Below, in pieces: positions 28,468 through 40,900 of a stretch of DNA of 59,057 nt. The notes beneath the pieces are model-generated. The model was given only the letters and a program-made list of their open reading frames with translations. It did not search any database and had not been told where the DNA came from. The stretch is from positions 1 through 59,057 of IMG/VR virus record IMGVR_UViG_3300033183_000090, one strand, 5' to 3'. The stretch is from a virus (Duplodnaviria > Caudoviricetes). Positions within the stretch are counted from its first letter, which is position 1; every line of letters starts with the position of its first letter. The translations under genes were made by a program, and so were the position numbers.

Positions 28468-30372
28468 ATGTGCGGAGAATCCGGCTCTGACAATAGCGGC
28501 AACAACGACAGCACCACAACTGGTGTAGGCTCGTCGCCGAATAACGTCACGAACGAAACCGAAGTCGGCAAATCCGGCGGCGTCACTTCGTCGTCTGGAG
28601 TTGGCTCACGCGCAGACTTGGAGTCTCAAGGCTTCGACATGACCACGTTTGAGGATGTGTGGGACGACCCAGACTGGGCTACCGCAGATACACCAGACGT
28701 AATCGGGTACGAACAGCGAGAGGCAAACCGCGCCGCTAACCCGTTCGACAGGGACGGCGACGGTTCGATGTTCACGTCGACCTCCCTATCCGGCGTCGTA
28801 ACTGGCCCGTTCGGAAACGTACAGTCTTACCCCGGCCCAGACACGCTCAACAACGGCGTAACTAAAGACCAGTTCGTCCAAGACGCTCTGACCGCCAAAG
28901 GGTTTAGCGATACCTATAAAGGTGTAAGTAGCGGCAGGAACGCAGATGGCTCTTACAACGCTGTCCTTGACGGCAACGGTAATCCTGTACGCTCCGGCTC
29001 ATACGCCGCGACAGAGGCGCAGGCCGCCGCAGAATACGATGCGATGGTGGGCTATCAAAACGCCCGCTCATACGCCGAGCAACAATGGAACATGGAGCAA
29101 GCCGCCGCAATTAGAGACGGCTTATTCATCAGCCAAGACCTGATTGACATGGCTACTGGCAAAGTAGCTGGCGCTACTCAGGCACAGATTGCCGCCGCAC
29201 AAAACGAGTTTGGCGACCTCTATGGCCGTGGCTACGCAGTGCAAGGCGGGACATTTGACGACCCGCTGGGTCAGTATATGGATTCCACGATTGCGTCTAT
29301 GAACGCATCGAACTTCCTTGGCTCTGACATCGGCGCGAACGCCTTCACCAACAATTTCATGCAAGGCTACAACGCCAGAACATCGAACAAAGACACTGGC
29401 GGTCTTAGGATGGAAGTCGACCAAGCAGGCAATGTAGGGTTCAGCACCCGAAGCCAGCGCTTTGGCGACGCCGCAGGTAACGTAGTTAAGAGCCTAATCG
29501 GCTCCTCGCTTGGCCCTGTCGGAGGTCTGCTTTTAGGTGGCGTGAACAACAACACCATGAACGCCTATGGCGCTAACGTCCCCGGCTATGGCCCAGTTAC
29601 AAGCACCATGTCGTTCGGCCCCGGCGAAGTCTTGGGTAACTTCTTGGGCGGCCAAATCGGCAACGCTGTTGCGCCCCAAGTCGCACAGGGCATTTACGGC
29701 CAAACTGGTAACGTAGACTTGGCGATAGCAGGCGGTGTAGCTACTGGCGTTGGTTCATCGGTCGGCGGCCAATACTTGGGCGGGTATGGTGCTAACCTTC
29801 TTGGCATGAAAGATTTCGTTATCGCTTCCGACGTTGGTTCTCCATACGCATCGCAGATGAACTCTGCCCTAGAGGCGCAAGGCTTAGACCGCAACGGGTT
29901 TAGCCAGAACCTCGGCGAGGAAAGCGGCAGTGGAACCCCAGCGCAAGCGGCGTCTGAAGGTGGTATTCTTCAAGTGCGAGATCAGAGCCTAGACGCCCCG
30001 CAAGATGGCGGTGGTCAACCTACTGGTCAACCAATCCAATATGTCGGCGCGTCTCAAAGCACAGACTTGGCGGCAGGAGATTTACCATCTGACGGGACAG
30101 AAAGCTATTTCGATGCCGACTACTGGCGTCAGATGCAACTCGCAGGGATGAACCCGAACGCCCAACAAGTAACGGCTTTGAACGGGACTTCATACGAAAC
30201 AGACCCAAATCCTCTGTTCAGCATGGGTACGCCCCAAGGCGTACAGTACGTCTCGAAGGGACGACAGAGGGACTATGGTAATGCTACATATAGCGTAGCA
30301 GAACCTTTACAACAATATCGCGGCGCTCGACGCCGAGGAATCGGCGACCGCTTGGTCGGGATCGTAGTCTAA
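28468..30372 (+). CDS. Putative internal virion (ejection) protein
   Basis: Starts MCG; Gly-rich with GxxxG hydrophobic segments. Confidence 0.65.
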   Translation: MCGESGSDNSGNNDSTTTGVGSSPNNVTNETEVGKSGGVTSSSGVGSRADLESQGFDMTTFEDVWDDPDWATADTPDVIGYEQREANRAANPFDRDGDGSMFTSTSLSGVVTGPFGNVQSYPGPDTLNNGVTKDQFVQDALTAKGFSDTYKGVSSGRNADGSYNAVLDGNGNPVRSGSYAATEAQAAAEYDAMVGYQNARSYAEQQWNMEQAAAIRDGLFISQDLIDMATGKVAGATQAQIAAAQNEFGDLYGRGYAVQGGTFDDPLGQYMDSTIASMNASNFLGSDIGANAFTNNFMQGYNARTSNKDTGGLRMEVDQAGNVGFSTRSQRFGDAAGNVVKSLIGSSLGPVGGLLLGGVNNNTMNAYGANVPGYGPVTSTMSFGPGEVLGNFLGGQIGNAVAPQVAQGIYGQTGNVDLAIAGGVATGVGSSVGGQYLGGYGANLLGMKDFVIASDVGSPYASQMNSALEAQGLDRNGFSQNLGEESGSGTPAQAASEGGILQVRDQSLDAPQDGGGQPTGQPIQYVGASQSTDLAAGDLPSDGTESYFDADYWRQMQLAGMNPNAQQVTALNGTSYETDPNPLFSMGTPQGVQYVSKGRQRDYGNATYSVAEPLQQYRGARRRGIGDRLVGIVV

Positions 30373-30384
30373 AAGGAGAACATC

Positions 30385-31245
30385 ATGTGTGGTGGCGGCG
30401 GTAGCAAGTCTGGAAGTAGCGCTCCAGTAGCACGAAACAATTCAGGTGGCGGCGGTGGCGGCGGTGGCGGTAACGCCCGTAGCACTCCAGCGGCAACCAG
30501 CGTAAGAGGCTCACAGCAGTTCGTCGATAATACGAGCAACGGCAATACTGGTGCGCAACTCCAGCGCCAAAACAGCAGGCCATCTTCTCCAGAAGCGAGC
30601 GGCGGTGGGGCTTCTTCGGCTGTACCCGGCGCATCTGCCGCACCGCAGACTTTCGTAGGCAATACAGGCGTCTCTGTCCGTGGCCCATCTATGACCGACA
30701 AGTCTTTGTCGTTCATTCCGGGTCAAGGTGAAGTCGGCGCTGATGCGGCGATGGAAGCGATCCTGCCTGAGAACGTAACAATGATGACTGGCCGTAGCCC
30801 ATTCGCTACGGGTCGCCGTCAGTATCTAGCCTCAGACTTCCAAGCAAACCCTGAAGTCCCCGGCGGCGACGCGACAGTTGGCGACCAGCAATTCGCTCCA
30901 GCAGTTGGCGGTGGTGAACCCGGTGTAGGTGTACAAGGCTTCGGCCAGCGTGCATTGGTCGGTGGCGAGGCACAAATCGCGCAAGCGGGCGGTGCTGAGT
31001 CGAACGCAATGGAGACTGGCCTACCAGCAGAAACTGCTCCGGCAGACTTGCAGGCAGACCCGAACTATGTAACTCCAGCGCCCGGTAAAATCTACATTGG
31101 CGATCAGCAATATAACCTGCCAGCAGGCGGTCAAAATATCGCGGCACTTATCCCGAACTCAAGGGAAGCAATGATGCGTGCAGTCGGCCCAATTTCTCGT
31201 GGCCTTATGTCTGCGCGTTCTGGGTTTGGCCGACGCTACAGTTAA
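30385..31245 (+). CDS. Putative internal virion protein, low complexity
   Basis: AAGGAG RBS, starts MCGGGG, poly-Gly tract. Confidence 0.65.
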   Translation: MCGGGGSKSGSSAPVARNNSGGGGGGGGGNARSTPAATSVRGSQQFVDNTSNGNTGAQLQRQNSRPSSPEASGGGASSAVPGASAAPQTFVGNTGVSVRGPSMTDKSLSFIPGQGEVGADAAMEAILPENVTMMTGRSPFATGRRQYLASDFQANPEVPGGDATVGDQQFAPAVGGGEPGVGVQGFGQRALVGGEAQIAQAGGAESNAMETGLPAETAPADLQADPNYVTPAPGKIYIGDQQYNLPAGGQNIAALIPNSREAMMRAVGPISRGLMSARSGFGRRYS

Positions 31246-31257
31246 GGAGTCTGAGGC

Positions 31258-32157
31258 ATGGCTTACGGCGAAGCTATTGGGCGCATAGGGGGTAGCTTCT
31301 ATGAACCCGGCTCACAGGGACAAGCGAAATGGAACCTGATCGGCGGTGTCGCCGATCTGGGGCTTTCGTTTATCCAGAACAAAAGAGATCAGGACATGGC
31401 CGAAGCGGCCATGGCCTATCAAACACAGCTTGCCCAAGCACAGTACAACCTAGCCGCTAAGCAGGCCGCAGACGAAGCGGCAATTCGACAGCGCGTACTC
31501 CAACGCGCATCAGAGCTAGACTACGCAATGAAGACTGCGATGGCTAAGCTAGGCACACCAGCAATGGTGAACGCGGCTGACATCCAGCAGAACTACAACA
31601 CGTTCTACAACCAAGCCCGCGAGGACATGGATCGCACCGTAAGTCTGGTGGCTTCCAAAGGTCACGCCGATGCAATCCGCCGTGGCATGGATAACTCGAC
31701 CCAGCGTACAGACCAAGAGGCAGAGCTTGTTCGCAAGACTGCTCAGTCTATTCCGCAACTCCAGCAGGCCGCATGGGATGCCGCAATCGCTCGAAGCAAG
31801 GGTTATGCAGATACGCTCAACTATGGCCGCGATGCTGTTTACGACGACATCAGCACTGCATACGGCGCGGCGGCTAACCTTGAGAAGGGTATGCTGACCA
31901 ACAACGCTCCGTCTTACATGCAGACTGCGTACAACAACAGCGCAGACATTGCTAGTGGCGCGGCGGCTCGTGCGTCTGACTCTCAGACTTACCTCGGCAC
32001 AGCCGTTGGTAACTTTACTGAGCGTGTTGCTCCAAACGTAGGCTTCGCCCTGACAGGCAACGGATCGTTTGTCGATCCTAATGCCCAGCGCATACTAGAC
32101 TTAGAGCAAGAAAATGCACGCTTGCGTGGCGTTAGAGCAGGGACGACAACAGGATGA
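31258..32157 (+). CDS. Putative internal virion protein
   Basis: Ala/Gln-rich helical, AAGGAG RBS. Confidence 0.65.
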   Translation: MAYGEAIGRIGGSFYEPGSQGQAKWNLIGGVADLGLSFIQNKRDQDMAEAAMAYQTQLAQAQYNLAAKQAADEAAIRQRVLQRASELDYAMKTAMAKLGTPAMVNAADIQQNYNTFYNQAREDMDRTVSLVASKGHADAIRRGMDNSTQRTDQEAELVRKTAQSIPQLQQAAWDAAIARSKGYADTLNYGRDAVYDDISTAYGAAANLEKGMLTNNAPSYMQTAYNNSADIASGAAARASDSQTYLGTAVGNFTERVAPNVGFALTGNGSFVDPNAQRILDLEQENARLRGVRAGTTTG

Positions 32158-34925
32158 GACTAGAGTCTGGATTCTTCAAAGCCTACAACGAGGAGATCGA
32201 CAATCTCCGTAGACGCCGTGGTGAAAATGCACAGGCGTTTCAGGCTTTTGTCAATCTCAAGCAGGAGCGCGGCGAAAAGGTCACAGTCGAAGAACTGGAG
32301 CGCCTGCGTGCTGGTCTCGCAAATGGGGACATGTACTTCGGCGCAGTCCTGCCGCAGGGCGCTGAACTAAACGAGATTAAGAGACGCACTGATGCGTCGG
32401 CGGCGGCTAAAGTCGCCTCGGAATACTCGACTGTTCTGGCAAACCGCAACACAGAGCTTCAGCAAGTAAACAGCTTGGTTGGTCAGTTTGTCGACCAAGA
32501 CATCACGACTGAAGAAGGCCGTAAGACTGTGCGCGAGCAGTTCGAGCGAATGGGCATGGGCGCTCTATTTGAGCGCTACAGCCCCATGCTCGGCTCGATG
32601 CAACAGAACGCCCGCTTCCAACAGCTTCAAAATGCGAAGGACACAATCGGGTTCGATAACATCCGTAGCGAAGAAGAACTTGGCATCCAGATCGCCACAC
32701 TTCCAGCATGGATGCGCGAACCTCTTCGCGTTCAGTGGGGGCAGGCAGATGATGTACGGGTACGAGCATCACATCAAGCCGCCATCACTCAGCTTAACCT
32801 ATCTGAGATGGCAACCACCGCTCGCGGTGATCGCCCAACGATGATAACGCAGGCAACCAATAGATACCGAATCCTGCATGGACAGGAGCCTACACAAGAA
32901 GCCCGTATTGAAATCGAGCAACTGGTCGACGGCGCTATTGGTATGTACAACTCTGGCGTAACAACTCAAGCTCTGGCTGGATTTGTAAACACGATCCCAG
33001 AGGCAGACTTGATTGAAATGGTCTCGAACCCAGAACGTGCGCGTGAAGTCACACGCCAAGCTCTGCTGGCACAAGGTATGCCTGCAAGCGCCATCACACC
33101 TGCCATCCTAACCCAAGCGATGGCGCAGGCTAACCAAGCGGCCAATACCAAGTTCACACAAAACATTCGTTATCAGATTGCACCGACCATGCGTGAGGCG
33201 GTGAACAATATGACATACGAGGAGTTGAAGCTGATTGATAGCGACTTAGAGCTTGACCAGCAAGTCGAAGCTATCATGGCTAACTCGCTGATCCCATACG
33301 CGACTTGGCCTGTGACAGAGCAAAACCGTGTGCGTGCTGAGATCAGAGCGTCGCTTCGCCGTCGAGTAGACTTAGCCAATGAGCGCGAAGGCAACGAGGC
33401 TGAAGTCGCTCTCGATACTGAAGTATTCGGTCAGAATAGCCCGATCCTCCGTCGCATGAACCTTGCGTCTGTTGGCTCGCCCGGCGAGGGCGGCAGAAAA
33501 GAAATGGCCTTCCGTGAGTACAACCTGTTGCGTGAGCGCAGGGGTCTTCAGGCTATGTCGCAAGCAGACTTCGACACAAAAATCTGGCCTCGCCTTGAGA
33601 ACGCATCTTACGATGCCTCTGCTCAGCGTTACGAAAACTCTATTGCGGCGATCACGCAACAAGTTTCCAGCATTGTGGAAACCACCCTCAACGGGCAACA
33701 AGAAGCTCTTGAGGGGATGATGGCTAACGCCACCCCACAAGCGGTCGCACTGGCCCGCAATCTGTCGGCGCGTTACATGATCCCAGAGGAGTTACGCGCC
33801 CAAGCCACAGAGATTATCGCTTTGATGGCTGGAGATACGACCTTTGACCCGAACAATCAGCAAGCACTCAATGCGACCAGCGCTCTAATCGCTCAACGTC
33901 TACGACTGGTGAGTAGAGCGGATGCACCTCGGAGACTACGCGCCGAGTTGCTTGCAGAGGCGGACTTGATCCAGCCCGGAACGAACGCGACTAGGTTCTG
34001 GAGCGAACACACGCAGGCGACACTTGCAACGGAAGCCGCCGCATACGCCGCGACTATTGCATCAATCCCAAGCGACCGCCCAGAAGATGCGGCGGCAAAA
34101 GTCGAAGAGTACCGTCAATGGGCGCAACGCTGGCGCGATGCTATGTATGAAGATGTCCAAGACACCAAGTACATAACACTGCTTTCGGGCCACAACCCTG
34201 TAGCTATTCAGCAAATGATCGAGGCTCAGTTGGCTCAAGCCCTTGAGTCTGTGACTAATGCTCAGCCTCTTGGTAACCCATCCTACTTCTCGCAAGCTCA
34301 GAATGGCTACTTTGTGGTCATGTCTTCTAGCGGCCCAGATGCTGAACGCGCTCGTGCGGCAGGCATCATACCGAACCGCTACTACCAGAAGATCGTTGAC
34401 GCAAACGGCACTCGGTTCGAGCTTGTCAATCAGGTGATACCAGACGCAACGGGCGGCACAACTTCTGGAACTGGCCCGCGTCGCTATGGCATGGGCTACG
34501 ACAACGTCATTGATCCTGCGACTAACGCTCCGATCTTCCAGCAAATCAACATCACAACCGACAGGCCGGAAGACATTAGTCGAGCAAATGCCGAAAACCA
34601 TGAGCGCATGCTTACCGTCACCGCACAAATCATGCGTGACTTCATGCAGGCGTTGCCAGATAACCATAACCCAACCAAGGGCGGTCTCTTTGGGAATGGT
34701 CGTGGCATAGCAGGATGGGCAGACCCGTCTAATGAGGCTGTTCGTAGATCGGTTCAAGAACTCAGAAATTGGACAAGGATACAAAACCCCGGCGGGGCGG
34801 CCACGGTTCAGGCCATGGGTTCAGACGCTACAGACTACTTCACACGCAATCCCGGCCAGCTACTTGAGTTTAGAGCAGACCCTCTAGGCTGGTGGATGGC
34901 GAACGGCGCATCAGTCCAACGATAG
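32154..34925 (+). CDS. Putative internal virion protein (923 aa)
   Basis: Large helical ORF before the giant gene, the usual podovirus ejectosome order. Confidence 0.65.
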   Translation: MRLESGFFKAYNEEIDNLRRRRGENAQAFQAFVNLKQERGEKVTVEELERLRAGLANGDMYFGAVLPQGAELNEIKRRTDASAAAKVASEYSTVLANRNTELQQVNSLVGQFVDQDITTEEGRKTVREQFERMGMGALFERYSPMLGSMQQNARFQQLQNAKDTIGFDNIRSEEELGIQIATLPAWMREPLRVQWGQADDVRVRASHQAAITQLNLSEMATTARGDRPTMITQATNRYRILHGQEPTQEARIEIEQLVDGAIGMYNSGVTTQALAGFVNTIPEADLIEMVSNPERAREVTRQALLAQGMPASAITPAILTQAMAQANQAANTKFTQNIRYQIAPTMREAVNNMTYEELKLIDSDLELDQQVEAIMANSLIPYATWPVTEQNRVRAEIRASLRRRVDLANEREGNEAEVALDTEVFGQNSPILRRMNLASVGSPGEGGRKEMAFREYNLLRERRGLQAMSQADFDTKIWPRLENASYDASAQRYENSIAAITQQVSSIVETTLNGQQEALEGMMANATPQAVALARNLSARYMIPEELRAQATEIIALMAGDTTFDPNNQQALNATSALIAQRLRLVSRADAPRRLRAELLAEADLIQPGTNATRFWSEHTQATLATEAAAYAATIASIPSDRPEDAAAKVEEYRQWAQRWRDAMYEDVQDTKYITLLSGHNPVAIQQMIEAQLAQALESVTNAQPLGNPSYFSQAQNGYFVVMSSSGPDAERARAAGIIPNRYYQKIVDANGTRFELVNQVIPDATGGTTSGTGPRRYGMGYDNVIDPATNAPIFQQINITTDRPEDISRANAENHERMLTVTAQIMRDFMQALPDNHNPTKGGLFGNGRGIAGWADPSNEAVRRSVQELRNWTRIQNPGGAATVQAMGSDATDYFTRNPGQLLEFRADPLGWWMANGASVQR

Positions 34926-34957
34926 GGACGACTACTATATAGCCACGGCGTTATTAT
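34925..34957 (+). promoter_or_regulatory. Putative late promoter GGGACGAC-N19-TATTAT
   Basis: Intergenic copy upstream of the giant gene. Confidence 0.7.
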
Positions 34958-34993
34958 TCCAGTGTCACCAATTACGGAAACTGGAGTACCGCC

Positions 34994-37900
34994 GTGGCTT
35001 TACGCTCTTCTCAGATTGCATCTACCCTTACTACGACCACTAATCCCGTACAGGAACAAGGGTCGCAGTCTCTTGGCTACGCCGCCAACCTAAACCCAGA
35101 AAACGTCCGCAACGTCCTGAATAGCCGCGAGTTTATTCAAGACATCATGGACTACTACGGCGAGCGGGATGGCCGCTCTTTCCAGAGTAACGCTGAAGCC
35201 ATCGACTACTTCATGTCCGACCGTCGTTGGAAGAACATGAACACCGTTTCCATGGCGAAGGAATTGATGAGTACGGGGGCCGACTCCAATGCTCAGAACG
35301 GTAGACTTGCACGTCTACAGACAGTCTTCGACGCCGCACCTAGCTTCTACGAAGAAGGTGGTGACGGCTTCGCTGGCTTTGCAGAGAACGCGGCGGCGGC
35401 AGTCCTTGACCCGATCAACCTGATCGGTTTCGGCTCTGGTGGAGCGGCGGCTAAAGCGGCGGCGGCAGGTGTCCGCGCACAAGCGGGTCATGCTCTTAGT
35501 CGTGAAGCCCTTAACGCAACTCGCCGAGAAGCAACCAGAGCGGGGCTGCGAGCAGGTATCGCAGGCGGTGCGCGTGCAGAGGGTCTCGCTGAAGGCTTCG
35601 TCTCTGGCACACAGAGCGCACTAACTCAGAACCGAAACATCAATATCGGTCTCCAAAACGAATTTAGCTACGGCCAGCTTGCCGCAGATACAGCCCTTGG
35701 CACTGTCATGGGTGGTGCGATTGGCGCTCCTATGGGTGCCGCTGGTGCTGTACTCCCGAATCCTCTGGTGCGCGGCGCGAATGGCGAACGCTTCACCATG
35801 GAAAACTCGATCACTCGCGGTATCCGTGAGGGGCAACAGCAAGTTCGAGCAGACCTGCGAGCAGGCCGTGAGGCAGATGCACTAGACGCAGAGGCTAACG
35901 CCACTCCGGCTCGCACTCCAGAAGAAGAAGAAGACGTAGCATTTAATGACACTGCCGCTCGCGCTCGCGCTCGCGCAGAACGTCTGACCTCTCAGGAGGC
36001 TGAAGCCGCCGCTGATGCACAAACTCGTGCGGCGGCTGAGTCTGACTCTACTCCTACTGTCGGCACTCCTGACCCCAATCAGCCACGTCCCGACAGCGAA
36101 GGTACACGCCTGCGCTTGTCCGCTCAGACTATGCTTGATGCCCGTCGTGCGGCAGTTGCTAAAGATGCGCAAGCGGCAAAGGCGGCAGAGTCTGGCGATG
36201 TAGCGAAGGCAAGCGAACTTCGTGCAGAGGCCGAAGCTCTTCGCCAAGGCTCGAATGACATCAAGCAGACCCTAGATATTCTCGACTCTGACGCTAACGC
36301 CAGAGAGAAGCAGGCGGCAATGGATGCGCTTGCAGAGAAGCAAAAAACTACTGTCCAACTTCTTTTGCCTGCGCCAGAAGCGCGTCAGGCATTGCCTGCG
36401 CCAGACCCGAACAACCCGATCCCATCGACTGGGCAAGTCTACGACGAGGCTGGCAACCCAATCATCCAGCTTCCTGATGGCTCTCCGGGTCGCAACTTAA
36501 ACGAAGACGAACTGCTTCGTAAGCGTGCGATCATGCCCGAGGTTAAAGTCGACGGCCAGCCGATGCGCACCAACGAGGCAGGTGCCGCCGCAATTCAGGC
36601 AGAAGCTGACGCGGCTCAAGCTCAGCGTGACCTTGAACTGGGTGTCCAGCAGGGCGAACGCCCCGGAACATCTCGACCAGATATGGTTGAAGAAGCTCGT
36701 CTCGAACAAGAGATTGCCACAGACAAAGACGCCTTAGTCGCGGCTGACCAGTCTATTCAAGAAATCAATGCTCGATTTGAGGCAGAGCCTGACCCAGAGA
36801 AGAAGCCTGCAATACAGGCCGAACTGGATCAGGCACTGGCAAGCCGCCAAGAAATTGCAAGTCGCATCAACACCAACGAGTTGCGCACTGCCCAGATTAA
36901 AGCAGAGCGCATCCAGAACGGCGCTGAAAGACAGAAGGCTCTCGACGCTGTCGCAAGCCAAGAGGATGCGCTGGCAACAGAGGCAAGCACCGATGGCACC
37001 CGCGTCGAGGCTGGCGCAGAGGATGGCGACGCACCAACCGTTGAGTTCACCGATGCGGACATCACACCAGAAGCCATAGCTGATGCGACTGGCACTAACA
37101 CCAATACATTGTTGGATGTTCTGGAGTCACTGGGTCACAACCGTAACTACGAACAGCGCGTCCTCAAAGGGCTTGGCGATGCACGCACAACTGCGGGCAA
37201 GACTAAGCGCCGCGAGTATCTAGTCGACAGACTAAAGCGGGCGAAGGCACGCGAAGTTACAGCGTCAAACCTGAAACTTCTGACTATCGACAACAAGTTC
37301 AACCGCAATATTGTTGAAGCCATGCTTGAAACGGCTGGCTTGGATGATGCCGAACTCGCTCATGCTATCGACATTTACGACAAGTTCTTGGAGCGTGCCG
37401 GATACAGCCTATTCCTTGAGAAGATGGCAGACCTTGGCCCGCTTGGAACACCAAGTCGCGTCCTGTCTGTGTTGCGCGAGACTGTTGGGCCAGATGCTGT
37501 TGCGGCTGTTGAGAAAGCAATCGCAAGTCGTGGCGCACTGCATGCAGAAATCCCACGCGATCAGTTGGTCGGCATCTACAAGTTGCTGTCGCCTGAACAA
37601 AAAGCGAAGATGACGCAGTTCAAAGCCATCTACCTCAAGAACATCAAGATGGATAACCCCGGCATCTCAGAAGCAGATGCCGAGCGCATGGCGAAACACG
37701 CCGTCGAACAACTCGTAAAAGTCCAGCTTCAGCGTACCATCGGACAAGACCCTAAAGCGGCTACCGCATTGGGCTTGGGGCAGGACATCGTTGACGACAT
37801 TCTCAGCCGTACCGAAGGCGTCCACATGGGCAAGCAGGTACGCGCAGGTTCTGGCTACTACAACCAGAATGGCCGCCTAGTTAAGGGCGGTGATGTTGTA

Positions 37901-40900
37901 AACAAAGCCCAGCGCATGCTTCAAAGCGCAAACAGCAAAGGCTACATCGGCAAGCTGATTATCCAAGGCCGTAAGCGCGACGCAGGTGGCAACACCATTC
38001 GCACCAGCGCTGGCTTCACAGCCCTAGATCAGTTGCTCGACGCGGCAATCCAGCGTGCGACTAACCGTGGTGGCGAGGCTGACCCGATCAAACGCGCTCG
38101 CGCAGTTGAGCAGGCTAAAAAGAATAACAACGACGCCATGAACCCAGAGGTTCTGGAGCCAATCGCCAAGGAATTGAACCTTGCGAATGGCATGCTTAAC
38201 CGCTGGCTGAAGGCGCAGGAAAATTACGATGGCCCAGTTGAGGGCGCTGAGATCGCCAAGATCGAGGGCAAAATCGACGAAGCGCGTATCCGGCTGGGTG
38301 ATGCTATTGTTGCCGCTCAACAAATTCTTGGGGCGAAGGGTGGCGAACATGCAGACGGCATACTGAAGGCGCTTCGTGAGCGCATCTCGATGCTCACTAA
38401 GTCTACTGGCAAAGAAGCCGCCGGAAACCGCAAAGAAAAAGCGATGGCCGAGTCGGCTCGTTCGATGATTACAGTCGAACTCAATGCCCGTCGTGCAGAG
38501 CTTGGCGCTAAGATTCGCCGTCACAACCAGCAAGTCGCAAGCGGTCAGAAGACTGATATGAGCGATGCGCAGGTTGCCGCACTGCAAGAGCAGATCGTGC
38601 AACTTGGCAAAGACCTAGACCAAGCCATCTCCAAGGTGGGCGTGGCAGAGCGCCGCATCTTCAAAGAGATGAAGAAGACACTGGCGGCTGAGCGGATTGC
38701 TCAGAACAAACTCGACATCAACGCAGGTCAGATGACTGAGGCTGAAGCCCGCGCTTCAGACGAGGCATACGAAGCGTGGCTGATGGAAGGTCTTGATCGC
38801 CAAGAGGTCGAGACCATGGCGTCAGACATGGCCGACAATGTGAACCGTGTTGAGTCTGCAAACCGCCAGCACGCGAAAGTAGTCAACGAGGAAATTGCTC
38901 CAGACTACAACAAAATGACTAAGGCGGAGTTGATCTCTCGCCTCAAAGAAGCAGAAGCCAAGCGCCAGAAACGTCTAAGCGCTGTCTCAGACATCAACAC
39001 GATGCCTGCTGGCAAGCGTTATAAGCCTTTTATGGTGAGCGTTCGTGGTGTTGAAGTCGACGTACATAACGACTTCACATTCACAAAAGGCACCGATGGA
39101 ACCGTCGAAGTTCGGATGGCTGACTCTCAAGAAGTTCTTGGGAAAATCCAAACCATCGAAGGCCACGGCTTTGTGTTCCACAAAACAGCCGACGCGGCTG
39201 ACGCGCCGAAGACTTTGTTCACAACCAATGACGCACTGAAGCGCCAGCTTCCTGTCATGTTCGAGGCTCGCATCAAGAAGCTGAACGAAGACACCTCGAA
39301 CTTCGATGTGCGTGAGAACGAACCAGACCTCGTCTACTATGAGCCAGACTACAAGCAGTCTGAGACTTATGCTGATGCGCCAGTGCGTGAGATCACTGAA
39401 GCAGACATCGTCGATCCAATCGCTCAGCCCCGCGTAGTCGGCGACCCAAGTAATCCTCTGTCAATGACAGAGGATAACTTCGATGTCCCAGCAGGACGCA
39501 AGTTGGCCGTTCAGATCATCGACCCTGAGTCTGGCAAGTCGTTCAAGTCTGTCCGGGTTTTGAGCTACAAGGGCAACCAGTCTATTGGCGATGTTCTCAA
39601 GACATCCGCCAAGTACAAGTACGTCGTCGGCCACGTTGAGGCACCATATAAGTCTGGCTCTATCGGTGCAGAAGAAACCTTCCGCCCGCTCGATCCTGAA
39701 GACGCCTTCTACCCAGCCAACGCGACTGAGCCAGTGCTTGGTGCTGAGTACGCACCGACTAGCGGAAACGACCGTAGTTCTCGCCGCATGCGCAAGAACC
39801 GTCCGCACAAGCTGGAAGATTTAGCTGGCAAGGCGATCATTGGCGCACCAGAGTTCTACGCTGATGCTGGCATCCGCAGTGTCGCAGACCTAGTCCAATA
39901 CGTCGCAAACCTTGAGATGATCCCTTGGGCGCAACTCAAGGACAAAGCCAACTACGACTTGTTCGTACAGCGCCGCATCGAGGCAGGCCAACTCCTTCAG
40001 CGCAATGCGCCTAATGGTATTGACCGTCCAGTTGCTGACGCCCGTGTAGCAGTAAACCAGTTGCGCGAAGTGTTTGCTGGCGCGGCTGACGATGAGATCG
40101 TAGCGGCAGAAGCGTTCATCATGCGTCTGGCATCGAAAAACCAAGGTCAAGCTCCGCTTATCAAGGGCGGCCTTGAGAGCCAGTACATGCCGAACACGCT
40201 TGGCGCACCGGGCGCTGAGCGTAACCGCATCTCGATTGGCGACCAAACACTGCGCGTAGACGAAGACGGCAAGCGTTACCGCCCAGCCGTTGGTGATCTT
40301 GTGCATGAAGTCGGTCACTGGATTTACATGAACCTGATGACCGAGTCCGAGAAGTTGCAGTTCTGGGATTCTGTCGGCAAGTACATGACAGAAGACGGCT
40401 TTATGATTGACCACATCCAGCGCCGTGTCGTGGATGGCATCTATTCAAACGCCATTGAGTCTCCTGCCGAGATGTTTGCCCACCAGTTCTCTGGTTGGGT
40501 TGTCGGCAACGGCATGATTAACAACACTTCGCTCTGGACTAAGATCGCTCGCAAAGCGCAGGCAATCATCAAGAAGTTCATCAAGCGCGAAGAGTTTGAA
40601 ATCGACCCAGACTTGGTGCCAATCTTCCAGAAGTACATGCCTGTACTTGAGATTGACCCAGTAACTGGTGCATCAAACGGTGGCGTTAGCCGCTTTGCAC
40701 ACCTCGAAGAGTTCGGTGCCAAGGTCGGCAAGAAAGAAGGTAAGGGTGCGGCACTCGCAGGTAAGCAACTGCGCGTACTAGACGAACGTCGCATCGAGCT
40801 TCTTGATGTACTCAACACTAGCTCAAGCGAAGCGACCGACTCACTCAGTCTGATTATGACTTTGGAGCGCGTGCAGAAAGCACTGTACGGCGACTACGGT

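Noticed and set aside
30445-30471. (GGC/GGT)n tract as a contingency repeat
   Set aside because: In-frame poly-Gly codons with mixed third positions; ordinary low-complexity coding
9351-32147. Other GGGACGAC copies at 9351, 28661 and 32140
   Set aside because: Inside coding sequence and lacking a -10-like hexamer at N19 (9351 is marginal at N20); not counted as promoters
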